Source: Rhizobiales bacterium Ga0077548
Lineage (GTDB): Bacteria; Pseudomonadota; Alphaproteobacteria; Rhizobiales; Xanthobacteraceae
Direction of reading: 5' to 3'
DNA: 64,000 bases
Assembly (NCBI GenBank): GCA_001464215.1
Contig: LNEZ01000024.1
Coordinates: 6,136-70,135, forward strand
The position numbers and the translations under genes were made by a program. The notes beneath the pieces are model-generated. The model saw only the letters and a list, made by a program, of their open reading frames with translations, ran no database searches and was not told the origin of the DNA. Of the stretch, positions 53,409-62,010 are shown piece after piece. Position 1 is the first letter of the stretch. The number at the start of each line of letters is the position of its first letter.

Positions 53409-53807
53409 CTAGCGCGCCTTCCCGGTACAGAATTCGCCCGCAATTTCGCAGCTATTGCCGCCGCCGTCGCGGCAGTTGCGCAATGCGCGGCGCGAGCGCT
53501 CCTCGGCAGAGTAACCGCTAACCCAACTCGTCAGCGGCGGAGTCAGCTTCAGGTCGCGCACCAGCACGACGCAGGTATTCTGAAACACACGGACGATCTG
53601 GCAATCGCGCGCGTGCTTCGCGCATTCCTTCATCGCGAGATCCTGCGCCTGGTCGATATCGTTGTAGTTATAGGAATAGCCATAGGCGCCGTCGGACGCG
53701 ATCGAAAGCGCACCGAATACGCCTTGTGCCTGCGTGCCCGATGCCGATCCGAAGACGAAAAACAATCCCAAAACAAACAGAAGCTGCTTAAGCCCGAAAC
53801 GCGCCAT
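53409..53807 (-). CDS. secreted DUF4189-like protein (copy 2)
   Basis: 132-aa ORF, a paralog of the previous gene with the same length and the same Cys pattern. Confidence 0.7.
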   Translation of the reverse strand: MARFGLKQLLFVLGLFFVFGSASGTQAQGVFGALSIASDGAYGYSYNYNDIDQAQDLAMKECAKHARDCQIVRVFQNTCVVLVRDLKLTPPLTSWVSGYSAEERSRRALRNCRDGGGNSCEIAGEFCTGKAR

Positions 53808-53875
53808 AGCCTTCCCCGTGTACTATTTCCGGGCGAGCCTAAATCCGGGCTGGAAAAGCTGCAATACGGCGAAGA

Positions 53876-54871
53876 TCAATAGCCGGTGATTGCCCGCGCG
53901 AAGATTTCCGGGTCGGCATTGCCGCCAGACAGGATAACGACCGCAACCTTGCCTTTGACGTCGAGCTTGCCGGCGAGGATCGCGGCAAGTGCCACCGCCC
54001 CGCCCGGCTCGACTACGAGCTTCAATTCGCGAAAGGCAAACGCCATCGCAGCGAGCACTTCTTCATCGCTCGCGGACACGCCCTCGCCCGAGAGCTTCTT
54101 CGTAATCTCGAAGGTGAGCCTGCCGGGGTCGGCCATAAGCAACGCGTCGCAGATCGAGCCGGTGATGCGCTCGTTCTTTTCGCGCCGGCCGGAGCGGAAC
54201 GAGCGGGCGTGATCGTCGAAAAGCTCCGGCTCTGCCGTCACGATACGCGCCTTCGGGTGCAGCGCCTTCACGCTGAGCGAAATGCCTGCCGCAAGACCGC
54301 CGCCGGATGCCGGCATGGTGACGATGTCCGGAGCGAGATTGAGATTGGCAAGATCTTCGGCGATCTCGAACCCGATCGTGCCCTGCCCTGCGACGACATA
54401 AAAATCGTCGAATGGCGGCACTACGACCGCGCCGCGCTCGGCGGCAAGTTTGCGCGCAATCGCATCGCGATCTTCGGTCGCGCGGTCATAAAGCACGACC
54501 TCCGCGCCGTGCCCTTTCGTGCGCTCCTGTTTCACTTTCGGTGCGTCGCGCGGCATCACGATCACGGCGGGCACGCTGGCGAGCTTTGCCGCAAGCGCGA
54601 CACCCTGTGCATGATTTCCAGAAGAGAAGGCAACGACCCCACCTTTGCGCTCGTCCGCCGTCAGCCGCGAGATGCGGTTATAGGCACCGCGAAATTTGAA
54701 CGAACCCGTGCGCTGCAAAACCTCGGGCTTCAAAAAGACCTTGCCTCCGCTCAACTCGTCCAGCGGATCGCAGCGCAGCAGCGGCGTACGCACGGCAACG
54801 CCGTCGAGCGCGAGGGCTGCGTCCTCGATATCGGCCGCTGTCGGTAGTTTTAAATCTATCGGCGAATGCAT
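53876..54871 (-). CDS. PLP-dependent threonine/serine dehydratase
   Basis: 331-aa ORF with the PLP-lysine motif LQRTGSFKFRGAYN and the glycine loop MPASGGGLAAG. Confidence 0.85.
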   Translation of the reverse strand: MHSPIDLKLPTAADIEDAALALDGVAVRTPLLRCDPLDELSGGKVFLKPEVLQRTGSFKFRGAYNRISRLTADERKGGVVAFSSGNHAQGVALAAKLASVPAVIVMPRDAPKVKQERTKGHGAEVVLYDRATEDRDAIARKLAAERGAVVVPPFDDFYVVAGQGTIGFEIAEDLANLNLAPDIVTMPASGGGLAAGISLSVKALHPKARIVTAEPELFDDHARSFRSGRREKNERITGSICDALLMADPGRLTFEITKKLSGEGVSASDEEVLAAMAFAFRELKLVVEPGGAVALAAILAGKLDVKGKVAVVILSGGNADPEIFARAITGY

Positions 54872-54903
54872 GGCGCAGAACCTATGCGCCTATGCTGCTC
54901 CTG

Positions 54904-55956
54904 TCACGCCGCTGTCTCAAGTTCCTGGCGCAATGCGCCCATGTCTTGAAAGCAGATGCCGTTGGCTGAGAGCACATTGCCGAAGAATTGCCGCGCGCTT
55001 TCGCGCCAGGAAAATTGCAGTGCATATTTGCGGCAAAGATCGCGCGGGATCGCGAGCGCCCCGACAGCCGCGCGGCGCAGGTCCTTGTCGAGCACGCCGG
55101 TCTTCGAGTTCCCGATGACATCGCGAGGACCCGCCACCGGAAACGCCGCGACCGGCACGCCGGAGGCAAGCGCCTCCAGCAGCACGACACCGAAGGTATC
55201 GGTCAAACTGGGGAACACGAAAGCGTCCGCAGAGGCATAGATTTCGGCAAGTGCTTCGCCCCGATGCGCGCCGAGAAAATGTACTTCTGGAAAGCGCGCT
55301 TCGAGGTCCGCACGCGCGGGGCCGTCGCCTGCAACGACTTTCGAGCCTGGCAGATCGAGCGAGAGAAACGCTTCAAGATTTTTCTCCACTGCGATACGGC
55401 CCGCATAAAGAAAGATCGGCCGCACGAAGGGCGGGCGCACCGCTTTGCCGGGATGAAACAGATCGGCATCGACCCCGCGCGACCAGCGCATCAGGTTTTT
55501 GTAACCCTGCCCCGCCAGATCGTCTTCCAAAGTCTTCGTGGAAATCATCGTCGCCGCGGCGGCGGCATGAAAGCGGCGCATCAATACCGCGAACGGCCAC
55601 GACGGCACCGGCAGCCGCGCCGAAAGATATTGCGGAAAGTGTGTGTGATAGCTCGTCGTAAATTTTTTCCCGTGCTTCATACAATAGCGGCGCGCGAGAA
55701 TGCCGAGCGGCCCTTCGGTCGCGATGTGAATGCAGTCAGGTGCGGCTTCATCAATGCGATGCGCTATCTGCGAAGGCGTGGCCAAGACAAGCCGAATTTC
55801 CGGATAGCCCGGCATCGCAACGGACGAAAAACCTTCGGGCGTCAGATAGTGAACGCGGATGCCGAATGTGTCCGCCTGCTTTCCGATTTCGGTCAGCGAC
55901 CGCACCACGCCGTTGATCTGGGGATGCCAGGCGTCGGTGACAATCAGAACCTTCAT
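54904..55956 (-). CDS. glycosyltransferase family 4 (GT-B)
   Basis: Frame of ORF 54904-56253. ATG 55956 overlaps the upstream stop. Reads MKVLIVTDAWHPQINGVVRSL..., with the C-terminal GT1 motif FPSLTDTFGVVLLEALASGVPV. Confidence 0.8.
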   Translation of the reverse strand: MKVLIVTDAWHPQINGVVRSLTEIGKQADTFGIRVHYLTPEGFSSVAMPGYPEIRLVLATPSQIAHRIDEAAPDCIHIATEGPLGILARRYCMKHGKKFTTSYHTHFPQYLSARLPVPSWPFAVLMRRFHAAAAATMISTKTLEDDLAGQGYKNLMRWSRGVDADLFHPGKAVRPPFVRPIFLYAGRIAVEKNLEAFLSLDLPGSKVVAGDGPARADLEARFPEVHFLGAHRGEALAEIYASADAFVFPSLTDTFGVVLLEALASGVPVAAFPVAGPRDVIGNSKTGVLDKDLRRAAVGALAIPRDLCRKYALQFSWRESARQFFGNVLSANGICFQDMGALRQELETAA

Positions 55957-56819
55957 CACGCCGGGACCGGAACGCCTTTGGCGGGAGCGGCCGACACCGG
56001 CGAGAGGTTCGCCTCCGGAATGGTCCAGGTGAGCAGTTCGAAGGTGCCGTCGTAATGCTCGGCAAGTGCCGTGCAGCTTTCGACCCAGTCGCCGCAATTC
56101 ATATAGCGCGTGCCGTAAAGATCGTGGATCGTGGCGTGGTGAATGTGACCGCAGATCACGCCCTCGACATTCTGCTTGCGGGCTTCGAGCGCCACCGCCT
56201 GCTCGAACTCGCCGATGAAATTCACGGCGTTCTTCACCTTGTGCTTCGCCCATTTCGAGAGCGACCAGTAGGTCAGCCCGAGCCTGCGGCGGATCCAGTT
56301 GAAATAGCGGTTTGCGAAGATCGCGAAGTCGTAGGCCCAGTCGCCGAAATACGCGAGCCAGCGCGCGTTGCGCACGATTACGTCGAACACGTCACCATGC
56401 AGCACCAGAAACTTCTTGCCATCAGCGCTCTCGTGGATCGCGGTCTCAGCGACTTCGATGCCGCCGAAATGTGTGCCGTAATAGTCGCGCAGGAATTCGT
56501 CGTGGTTGCCGGGAATGTAGACGATACGCGCGCCCTTGCGCGCCTTACGAAGGATTTTTTGCACAACATCGTTGTGCGCCTGCGGCCAGTACCATGACGA
56601 GCGCATACGCCAGCCATCGACGATATCGCCGACGAGATAAATCACATCGGCATCGTGATCGCGCAGGAACGTAAGAAATAGATTGGCCTGGCATCCCCGC
56701 GTGCCGAGGTGAACGTCGGAGATGAAGAGAGTGCGAAATCTCCGGCTGGCCGGAGCGTCGTCGTGCGATTGGTCTTTGAATGCTACCGGGATCTGCAACA
56801 TGGCGACCGGGTAGCGCAT
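55956..56819 (-). CDS. LpxH-like metallophosphoesterase (UDP-2,3-diacylglucosamine diphosphatase family)
   Basis: 287-aa ORF with motifs FISDVHLG, LVGDIVDGW, GNHDEF, HGD and CGHIH. Confidence 0.75.
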   Translation of the reverse strand: MRYPVAMLQIPVAFKDQSHDDAPASRRFRTLFISDVHLGTRGCQANLFLTFLRDHDADVIYLVGDIVDGWRMRSSWYWPQAHNDVVQKILRKARKGARIVYIPGNHDEFLRDYYGTHFGGIEVAETAIHESADGKKFLVLHGDVFDVIVRNARWLAYFGDWAYDFAIFANRYFNWIRRRLGLTYWSLSKWAKHKVKNAVNFIGEFEQAVALEARKQNVEGVICGHIHHATIHDLYGTRYMNCGDWVESCTALAEHYDGTFELLTWTIPEANLSPVSAAPAKGVPVPA

Positions 56820-56868
56820 TCGTACAACGATTATATGACGTTACCGCCTGCCGAGCGTTAACGAACGA

Positions 56869-57507
56869 TCAGATAAACAAAGCGGCTACCGACAGCACTA
56901 AAATTGCGGCCAAGGCATAATTAAAGATACGGCGTTTCTTCTCGTCCTTCAGCATCGCGGAAATCGCGACGCCGAACAGGCACCACAGCACGAGCGACGG
57001 AAACGTGATGATCGCCGAGACCAACGTGAAGATCGCTACTTCCCAGAAGAATGCGTTCGCCGAAAGCCCCGGTGTCGTGAAGGCCGCGATCGCACCGAGC
57101 GCAATCGACCATGCCTTCGGATTGAGCCACTGGAAAAAGAACGCTTCGAAGAAGCCGACCGGCCGCGAAGTGCCTGCGGCTTGCGGCGCATTGGCGCGCA
57201 CCAGTTTCCAAGCGAGATACAAAAGAAACGCCGCGCCGACATAACGCATCGCATTGTGCAGCCACGGAACAACCTTGAACAGTTCGCCAAGCCCCAACCC
57301 GAGTGCCGCCAGCATCAAGGGATAGCCGGCCGAGACGCCAAGCATCTGCGGCATGGTTCTGCGAAACCCGAACGTCGCGCCCGAGAGCGTCGAGATCGTG
57401 TTGTTCGGCCCCGGCGTCACCGCACCGGCAAGCGTGAAGATCGAGAATGCGAGGAGCTGTTCTGGCAAAGTGGGCGTTGTTTGCCACACGGGCCGCGTCT
57501 CCGCCAT
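56869..57507 (-). CDS. LysE-family amino-acid exporter
   Basis: Frame of ORF 56869-58014, which is overlong (its upstream part is antisense to the FAH gene). ATG 57507 gives 212 aa with the LysE N-terminal motif TPGPNN. Confidence 0.75.
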   Translation of the reverse strand: MAETRPVWQTTPTLPEQLLAFSIFTLAGAVTPGPNNTISTLSGATFGFRRTMPQMLGVSAGYPLMLAALGLGLGELFKVVPWLHNAMRYVGAAFLLYLAWKLVRANAPQAAGTSRPVGFFEAFFFQWLNPKAWSIALGAIAAFTTPGLSANAFFWEVAIFTLVSAIITFPSLVLWCLFGVAISAMLKDEKKRRIFNYALAAILVLSVAALFI

Positions 57508-57576
57508 GCGGCAGCGCGCATTGCGGCCATCCCGATTTCGGCTAGGCTGCGCGCCGAATTGGGAGGACTTAATACC

Positions 57577-58425
57577 ATGAAACTCGTCCGTTACGGCCCG
57601 GCCGGCAAGGAAAAGCCCGGCATCATCGACAAGAACGGCAAGCTCAGGAGTCTCGCGAAAATCATTCCGGACATCACGCCGGAAACGCTCGCCGCCGGTG
57701 CGATCAACAAGATCAAGAAAGCGAAGATCGAGAAGCTGCCGGTAGTGAGCGGCAAGCCGCGTCTCGGCTCGCCGGTCGGCAAGGTCGGCAACTTTCCGTC
57801 GATCGGCCTGAACTACGCCGATCACGCCGCCGAAGCCGGTATGCCGATCCCAAAAGAGCCGATCATCTTCTCCAAGGCACCGAACTGCATCGTCGGCCCG
57901 AACGACAACGTGATGGTGCCGAAGGGCTCGACCAAACTCGACTGGGAAGTCGAAATCGCGATCGTGATCGGCAAGCGTGCGCGCTACATCGAAGAGAAGG
58001 ACGCGGTGAAACACATCGCGGGCTACGCAGTCTGCAATGACGTTTCCGAGCGCGCTTTCCAGCTCGAAGGCACCGGCCAGTGGCTTAAAGGAAAATGCGC
58101 GGAATCTTTCGGGCCGCTTGGACCTTGGTTAGTCACCACCGACGAGATCAAGGACCCGCAGAAGCTCAAAATGTATCTCGACGTGAACGGGAAGCGGATG
58201 CAGACCGGCAATACCAAGACCATGATCTTCTCCTGCGCCTTCATCGTGGCCTACGTCTCGAAATTCATGGTGCTGGAGCCGGGTGACGTGATTACCACCG
58301 GCACGCCGCCGGGCGTCGGCATGGGCATGAAGCCGCAGGTGTTCCTGAAGGCGGGCGACGTGATCGCGCTCGGCATCGAGGGCCTCGGCGACCAGAAGCA
58401 GAAAGTCGTGGCGTTCAAGAAGTAA
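57577..58425 (+). CDS. fumarylacetoacetate hydrolase (FAH) family protein
   Basis: Frame of ORF 57181-58425. ATG 57577 follows RBS GGGAGGA. Reads MKLVRYGPAGKEKPGIIDKNG... DWEVEIAIVIGK ... VITTGTPPGVGMG. Confidence 0.85.
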   Translation: MKLVRYGPAGKEKPGIIDKNGKLRSLAKIIPDITPETLAAGAINKIKKAKIEKLPVVSGKPRLGSPVGKVGNFPSIGLNYADHAAEAGMPIPKEPIIFSKAPNCIVGPNDNVMVPKGSTKLDWEVEIAIVIGKRARYIEEKDAVKHIAGYAVCNDVSERAFQLEGTGQWLKGKCAESFGPLGPWLVTTDEIKDPQKLKMYLDVNGKRMQTGNTKTMIFSCAFIVAYVSKFMVLEPGDVITTGTPPGVGMGMKPQVFLKAGDVIALGIEGLGDQKQKVVAFKK

Positions 58426-58527
58426 GCAAACCGCGGCTGCTCAAGGCGAAAACTTGGGCAGCCGGTTTCTTGAGCGCAGGCGGCCTAGCGAATAGGCTTG
58501 CCGGACTGTAATAAAGGGCCTCTACCG

Positions 58528-59127
58528 ATGATGACCGTGTTTCGCGCTACCTCCATTGTTTTCCTGCTCGCGCCTGGCGCTGCGCTCGCCCATACCGGCA
58601 CCGGCGCACATGAACACGGCTTCGCTTATGGCTTCCTGCATCCGCTCGGCGGATTGGACCATCTGCTTGCGATGATTGCGGTCGGCCTGCTCGCAGCACA
58701 CCTCGGCGGACGCGCCCTCTGGCTGGTTCCACTTAGCTTCGTTGTCTTGATGGCAGCGGGCGGCGCCATAGGTTTTGCGGAAGTCGGCATTCCTTATGTC
58801 GAACTTCTGATCGCGGCTTCCGTCGTCGTGCTCGGCGCGCTCGTTGCGTTCCGCACGAATATGCCGCTCGCCGCCGCCATGTTGATCGCGGGCTTCTTTG
58901 CGATCTTCCACGGTCACGCGCATGGCGCAGAATTGCCTGACGGGAATTCGCCCTTCCCTTACGCGGCGGGCTTTCTGATCGCGACAGCTTTGCTGCACAT
59001 CGCGGGCATCGTAATCGGCCTTGGTCTTGCGAAGCTTTCCGCGAGCGGTATAGGTCAGCGCATCGTCCAGGCAAGCGGCGGCATCATGGCACTTGCCGGC
59101 GTCGTGCTGCTGACGCGCCTACTCTGA
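58528..59127 (+). CDS. HupE/UreJ-family metal (Ni/Co) transporter
   Basis: Frame of ORF 58498-59127. Reads MMTVFRATSIVFLLAPGAALAHTG...GFLHPLGGLDHLLAMIAVG ... FHGHAHG. Confidence 0.85.
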   Translation: MMTVFRATSIVFLLAPGAALAHTGTGAHEHGFAYGFLHPLGGLDHLLAMIAVGLLAAHLGGRALWLVPLSFVVLMAAGGAIGFAEVGIPYVELLIAASVVVLGALVAFRTNMPLAAAMLIAGFFAIFHGHAHGAELPDGNSPFPYAAGFLIATALLHIAGIVIGLGLAKLSASGIGQRIVQASGGIMALAGVVLLTRLL

Positions 59128-59157
59128 TTTGTCATCGGGCACGGGTAACTTGCGCCA

Positions 59158-59885
59158 ATGGCTGAGCGCGCAAGAACAGCGGTGCTCGCAGGAATCGTCT
59201 GTGCCATAGCGAGCATTGCATTCCACTCTGCAAATGCGGCCGGCGGTGCGTTCTTCGTGGACGATGCCGCGGTCGATAGTCCAGGAAAATGCAAAGCCGA
59301 AAGCTGGCTCGCAGCGTCAGATCATGCGCCATCGAATGGCGTCGCTGTTGTTGCATCGAATTGCACTGTTGGATTTCTGAACCATCGCGTCGAAGTTGGC
59401 TCCTCTTTCGCTCGAACGCGAACGGATGGCGCCTATGTATCGGGTGTGACGCTTAAAGGTAAGACGCCGATACCCGGAGTTGATTTCAACGCGAACAGCA
59501 AGTTTGGCGTAGCGCTTGTCGGCAGCATTACCTACGACGTCACGGCCGAGCGTTACAGTACGGGGTTCATCGCACTTCCGGTCTCAATTCGGATCTCCGA
59601 AACGCTCGTTCTACTTGTGAACGTCGGTCACTCCCATGACCAGTATGCAAATCTCTCGTCAACGACGTGGGGCGCGGCATTCGAGCTCAACCTGAAGCCG
59701 CTCGGCTACGAGAGGCTGACGCTGATCGCCGAGATATTCGGCAACGACCGGGAACGCGATCCGCGCACGCAACTGGTTTGCGATTCTCTCCAGTCGAAAA
59801 GGTCGATCTCGATTTGATCTATGGGCACGGACTTGCCGGACAGACGGACAACTGGGTGACTGCCGGAATGACGTTCCGCTTCTAA
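59158..59885 (+). pseudogene. outer-membrane beta-barrel protein (MetA-pathway/transporter-like), frameshifted near 59770-59775
   Basis: ORF 59158-59817 has a signal peptide (AVLAGIVCAIASIAFHSANA) and alternating beta-strand pattern, but ends in ..DPRTQLVCDSLQSKRSISI. The overlapping frame (59667-59885) continues ..TGLRFSPVEKVDLDLIYGHGLAGQTDNWVTAGMTFRF, a canonical OMP C-terminus ending in Phe. Confidence 0.6.
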
Positions 59886-60697
59886 CTCTTTCCGAGTTTT
59901 GCCCAGAGCTGATGAAAGTGATGCACCGGCCCGCGGCCGGTGCCGATGCCTAAGTTCACGCCCGCCTTCAGCGCGCCGGTAATGTAATTCTTCGCGGCGG
60001 CGAGCGCGTCGTGCAGCGTGAGCCCTTTTGCGAGTCCCGCGGCGATCGCGGAAGACAGAGTGCAACCGGTGCCGTGCGTGTGCGGTGTGTCGAGCCGCTC
60101 GGCGGTGAAGCGCCGCACGCCGGAAGGCTCAATCAGAATATCGACCGCGTGTTTTGTAGGCGCGTGCCCGCCTTTGACGAGCACTGCTTTCGCGCCGAGC
60201 TTCAAAAGCGACTCGCCCTGCGCCGCCATTTCGTTCTCGTGCTTCGCGACGGGTTGATCGAGGAGTGCCGCGGCCTCCGCAAGATTAGGCGTAATCAAAT
60301 CAGCAAGCGGAAACAGTTCGCGCTTGATGATTTCGATTGCTTCGGGAACGAGCAGCCGGTCGCCGGAAGCCGCGACCATGACCGGGTCTAACACGACATT
60401 GGTCGCGCGATGTTTCTTGAGTCCTGCCGCCACCGCCTCGATCGTTGCCGGCCGCGACAGCATCCCGATCTTGGTCGCGCGCACTTTCAAGTCGGAATAG
60501 ACCGCGTCGAGCTGCGCCATCACGAATTCCGGCGGCACATCATGAATGCCGGTGACGCCCTTGGTATTCTGCGCGGTCAGCGCCGCGATCACCGATGCAC
60601 CGTACACGCCGAGCGCGGAGAAGGTCTTCAGGTCGGCCTGAATGCCGGCACCGCCGCCGGAGTCCGAGCCCGCAATCGTGACCGCAATGGGAATCAT
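59882..60697 (-). CDS. thiD: hydroxymethylpyrimidine/phosphomethylpyrimidine kinase ThiD
   Basis: Frame of ORF 59882-60829, with ATG 60697. Reads [45 protein letters not shown]-like ... [18 protein letters not shown]. Confidence 0.9.
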   Translation of the reverse strand: [271 protein letters not shown]

Positions 60698-60828
60698 CGT
60701 TTTCCTGCCTGAAGCGTCTTTTGCGGAAGAAGCTATGGGAGGGAACCTGTGCCAGCAAGGCTTATCGCTTGCAACTCTACGCGCTTTTTGCTCCCCTCGC
60801 TTGGGAAGCACCGCCCGGAGGCCTCGCA

Positions 60829-61068
60829 ATGATTCCGTTCTTCGTCCAGATCAAGTGCCAGCTTGGCAAGTCCTACGATGTCGCCAACGCGCTTGCCGAC
60901 ACGGAGATCGCTTCCGAGGTCTATTCGACCGCCGGCGAGTTCGATCTGCTCGCGAAATTCTATGTCGATGACGGCATCGATATCGGTCACTTCGTGAACG
61001 AGAAGGTGCAGATCATTCCCGGCATCCAGGACACGCGCACCATCATCACCTTCAAGGCGTTCGGCTGA
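60829..61068 (+). CDS. stand-alone Lrp/AsnC ligand-binding (RAM) domain protein
   Basis: Frame of ORF 60721-61068, with ATG 60829. 79 aa: MIPFFVQIKCQLGKSYDVANALADTEIASEVYSTAGEFDLLAKFYV.... Confidence 0.7.
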   Translation: MIPFFVQIKCQLGKSYDVANALADTEIASEVYSTAGEFDLLAKFYVDDGIDIGHFVNEKVQIIPGIQDTRTIITFKAFG

Positions 61069-62007
61069 TCAGTCGACCGGCGGGCCTGCGGGCGGCGTCT
61101 GCGCTTCTTTTTCCTTCTGGCGATTGATGCCGAGTGCGCGCTCGCGGAAGATCACGAACAATCCGGCGGCCACGACGATTGCCGCACCGATCAGCACGAT
61201 CGCGGTCGGCAATTCGCCGAACATGAAATAGCCGAGCACGACCGCCCAGATCATCGCGGTATAGGAGAATGGCGCTACCACGGAAGCTGGCGCGTGCCGG
61301 TAAGACTCGGTGAGGAGGATTTGCGCGATCCCGCCGAACACGCCGATGCCGAGCAGCGCCAGCGCATCGCCAGTAGACGGCAAGATCCAGGTCCAGGGAA
61401 GGATCAAGAGCCCGACCACCGCGGCAAACACCTGGAAAGAGAACACGAGCGAAGCGGTCGTCTCGGTGCTGGTCATCGCGCGCACCTGCGTCATCGCTGC
61501 CGCGACCAGAAACGCGCCGACCAGCGTCATGATCGCGCCGATCGCTGCTGACGAGGTCATCCCGCTCAATCCGAGATGCGGCGAAAGCATCACGAGCACG
61601 CCGCCAAAGCCGACGAAAACTGCGCTCCAGCGCCAGATACGAACGACTTCTCTGAGAAAAATCGCGGCAAGCGCAACACTGAAAAGCGGTGCAACGAAAC
61701 TGATCGCGGTCGAATCCGCGAGCGGAAGACGCTGCAGCCCTAGGAACATCAGGATCATCGCGCCGATGCCGGTAATTGCGCGCGTAAAATGCCGCATCGG
61801 GCTTTTCATTTTCAGCGCGGAAGTGATTTCACGCCGCCACGCCAGCATGATCAGCAGCGGGATAAGAGCGAGAAAGCTACGCGCGAAAATCTGCTCGCCG
61901 ATCGGCACACGATCGCCGACATAGCGGACCAATGCGCCCATCAGTGTGAACAGGAACGTGGCACCGAGCTGAAACGCGATGCCTGAGAATACGTTCGTGC
62001 GCGTCAT
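61069..62007 (-). CDS. DMT-superfamily (EamA) transporter
   Basis: 312-aa ORF with 10 predicted TM segments and a two-EamA-repeat organisation. Confidence 0.8.
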   Translation of the reverse strand: MTRTNVFSGIAFQLGATFLFTLMGALVRYVGDRVPIGEQIFARSFLALIPLLIMLAWRREITSALKMKSPMRHFTRAITGIGAMILMFLGLQRLPLADSTAISFVAPLFSVALAAIFLREVVRIWRWSAVFVGFGGVLVMLSPHLGLSGMTSSAAIGAIMTLVGAFLVAAAMTQVRAMTSTETTASLVFSFQVFAAVVGLLILPWTWILPSTGDALALLGIGVFGGIAQILLTESYRHAPASVVAPFSYTAMIWAVVLGYFMFGELPTAIVLIGAAIVVAAGLFVIFRERALGINRQKEKEAQTPPAGPPVD

Positions 62008-62010
62008 GGC

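Noticed and set aside
57508-58014. N-terminal extension of the 381-aa ORF containing LysE
   Set aside because: The extension is antisense to the FAH-family gene and lacks protein-like composition. The LysE family is about 200-210 aa, and ATG 57507 fits that.
58426-58527. Cobalamin or NiCo riboswitch upstream of hupE
   Set aside because: Only a terminator-like hairpin for the FAH gene is present (AAACCG.GGCTGC...GCAGCCGGTTT). No B12-box or NiCo-like conserved core was recognised.
60698-60830. TPP riboswitch upstream of thiD
   Set aside because: I looked for the CUGAGA / ACCUGAUCUGGAUAAUGCCAGCG core on the minus strand and did not find it. Only a vague GC-rich resemblance is present.
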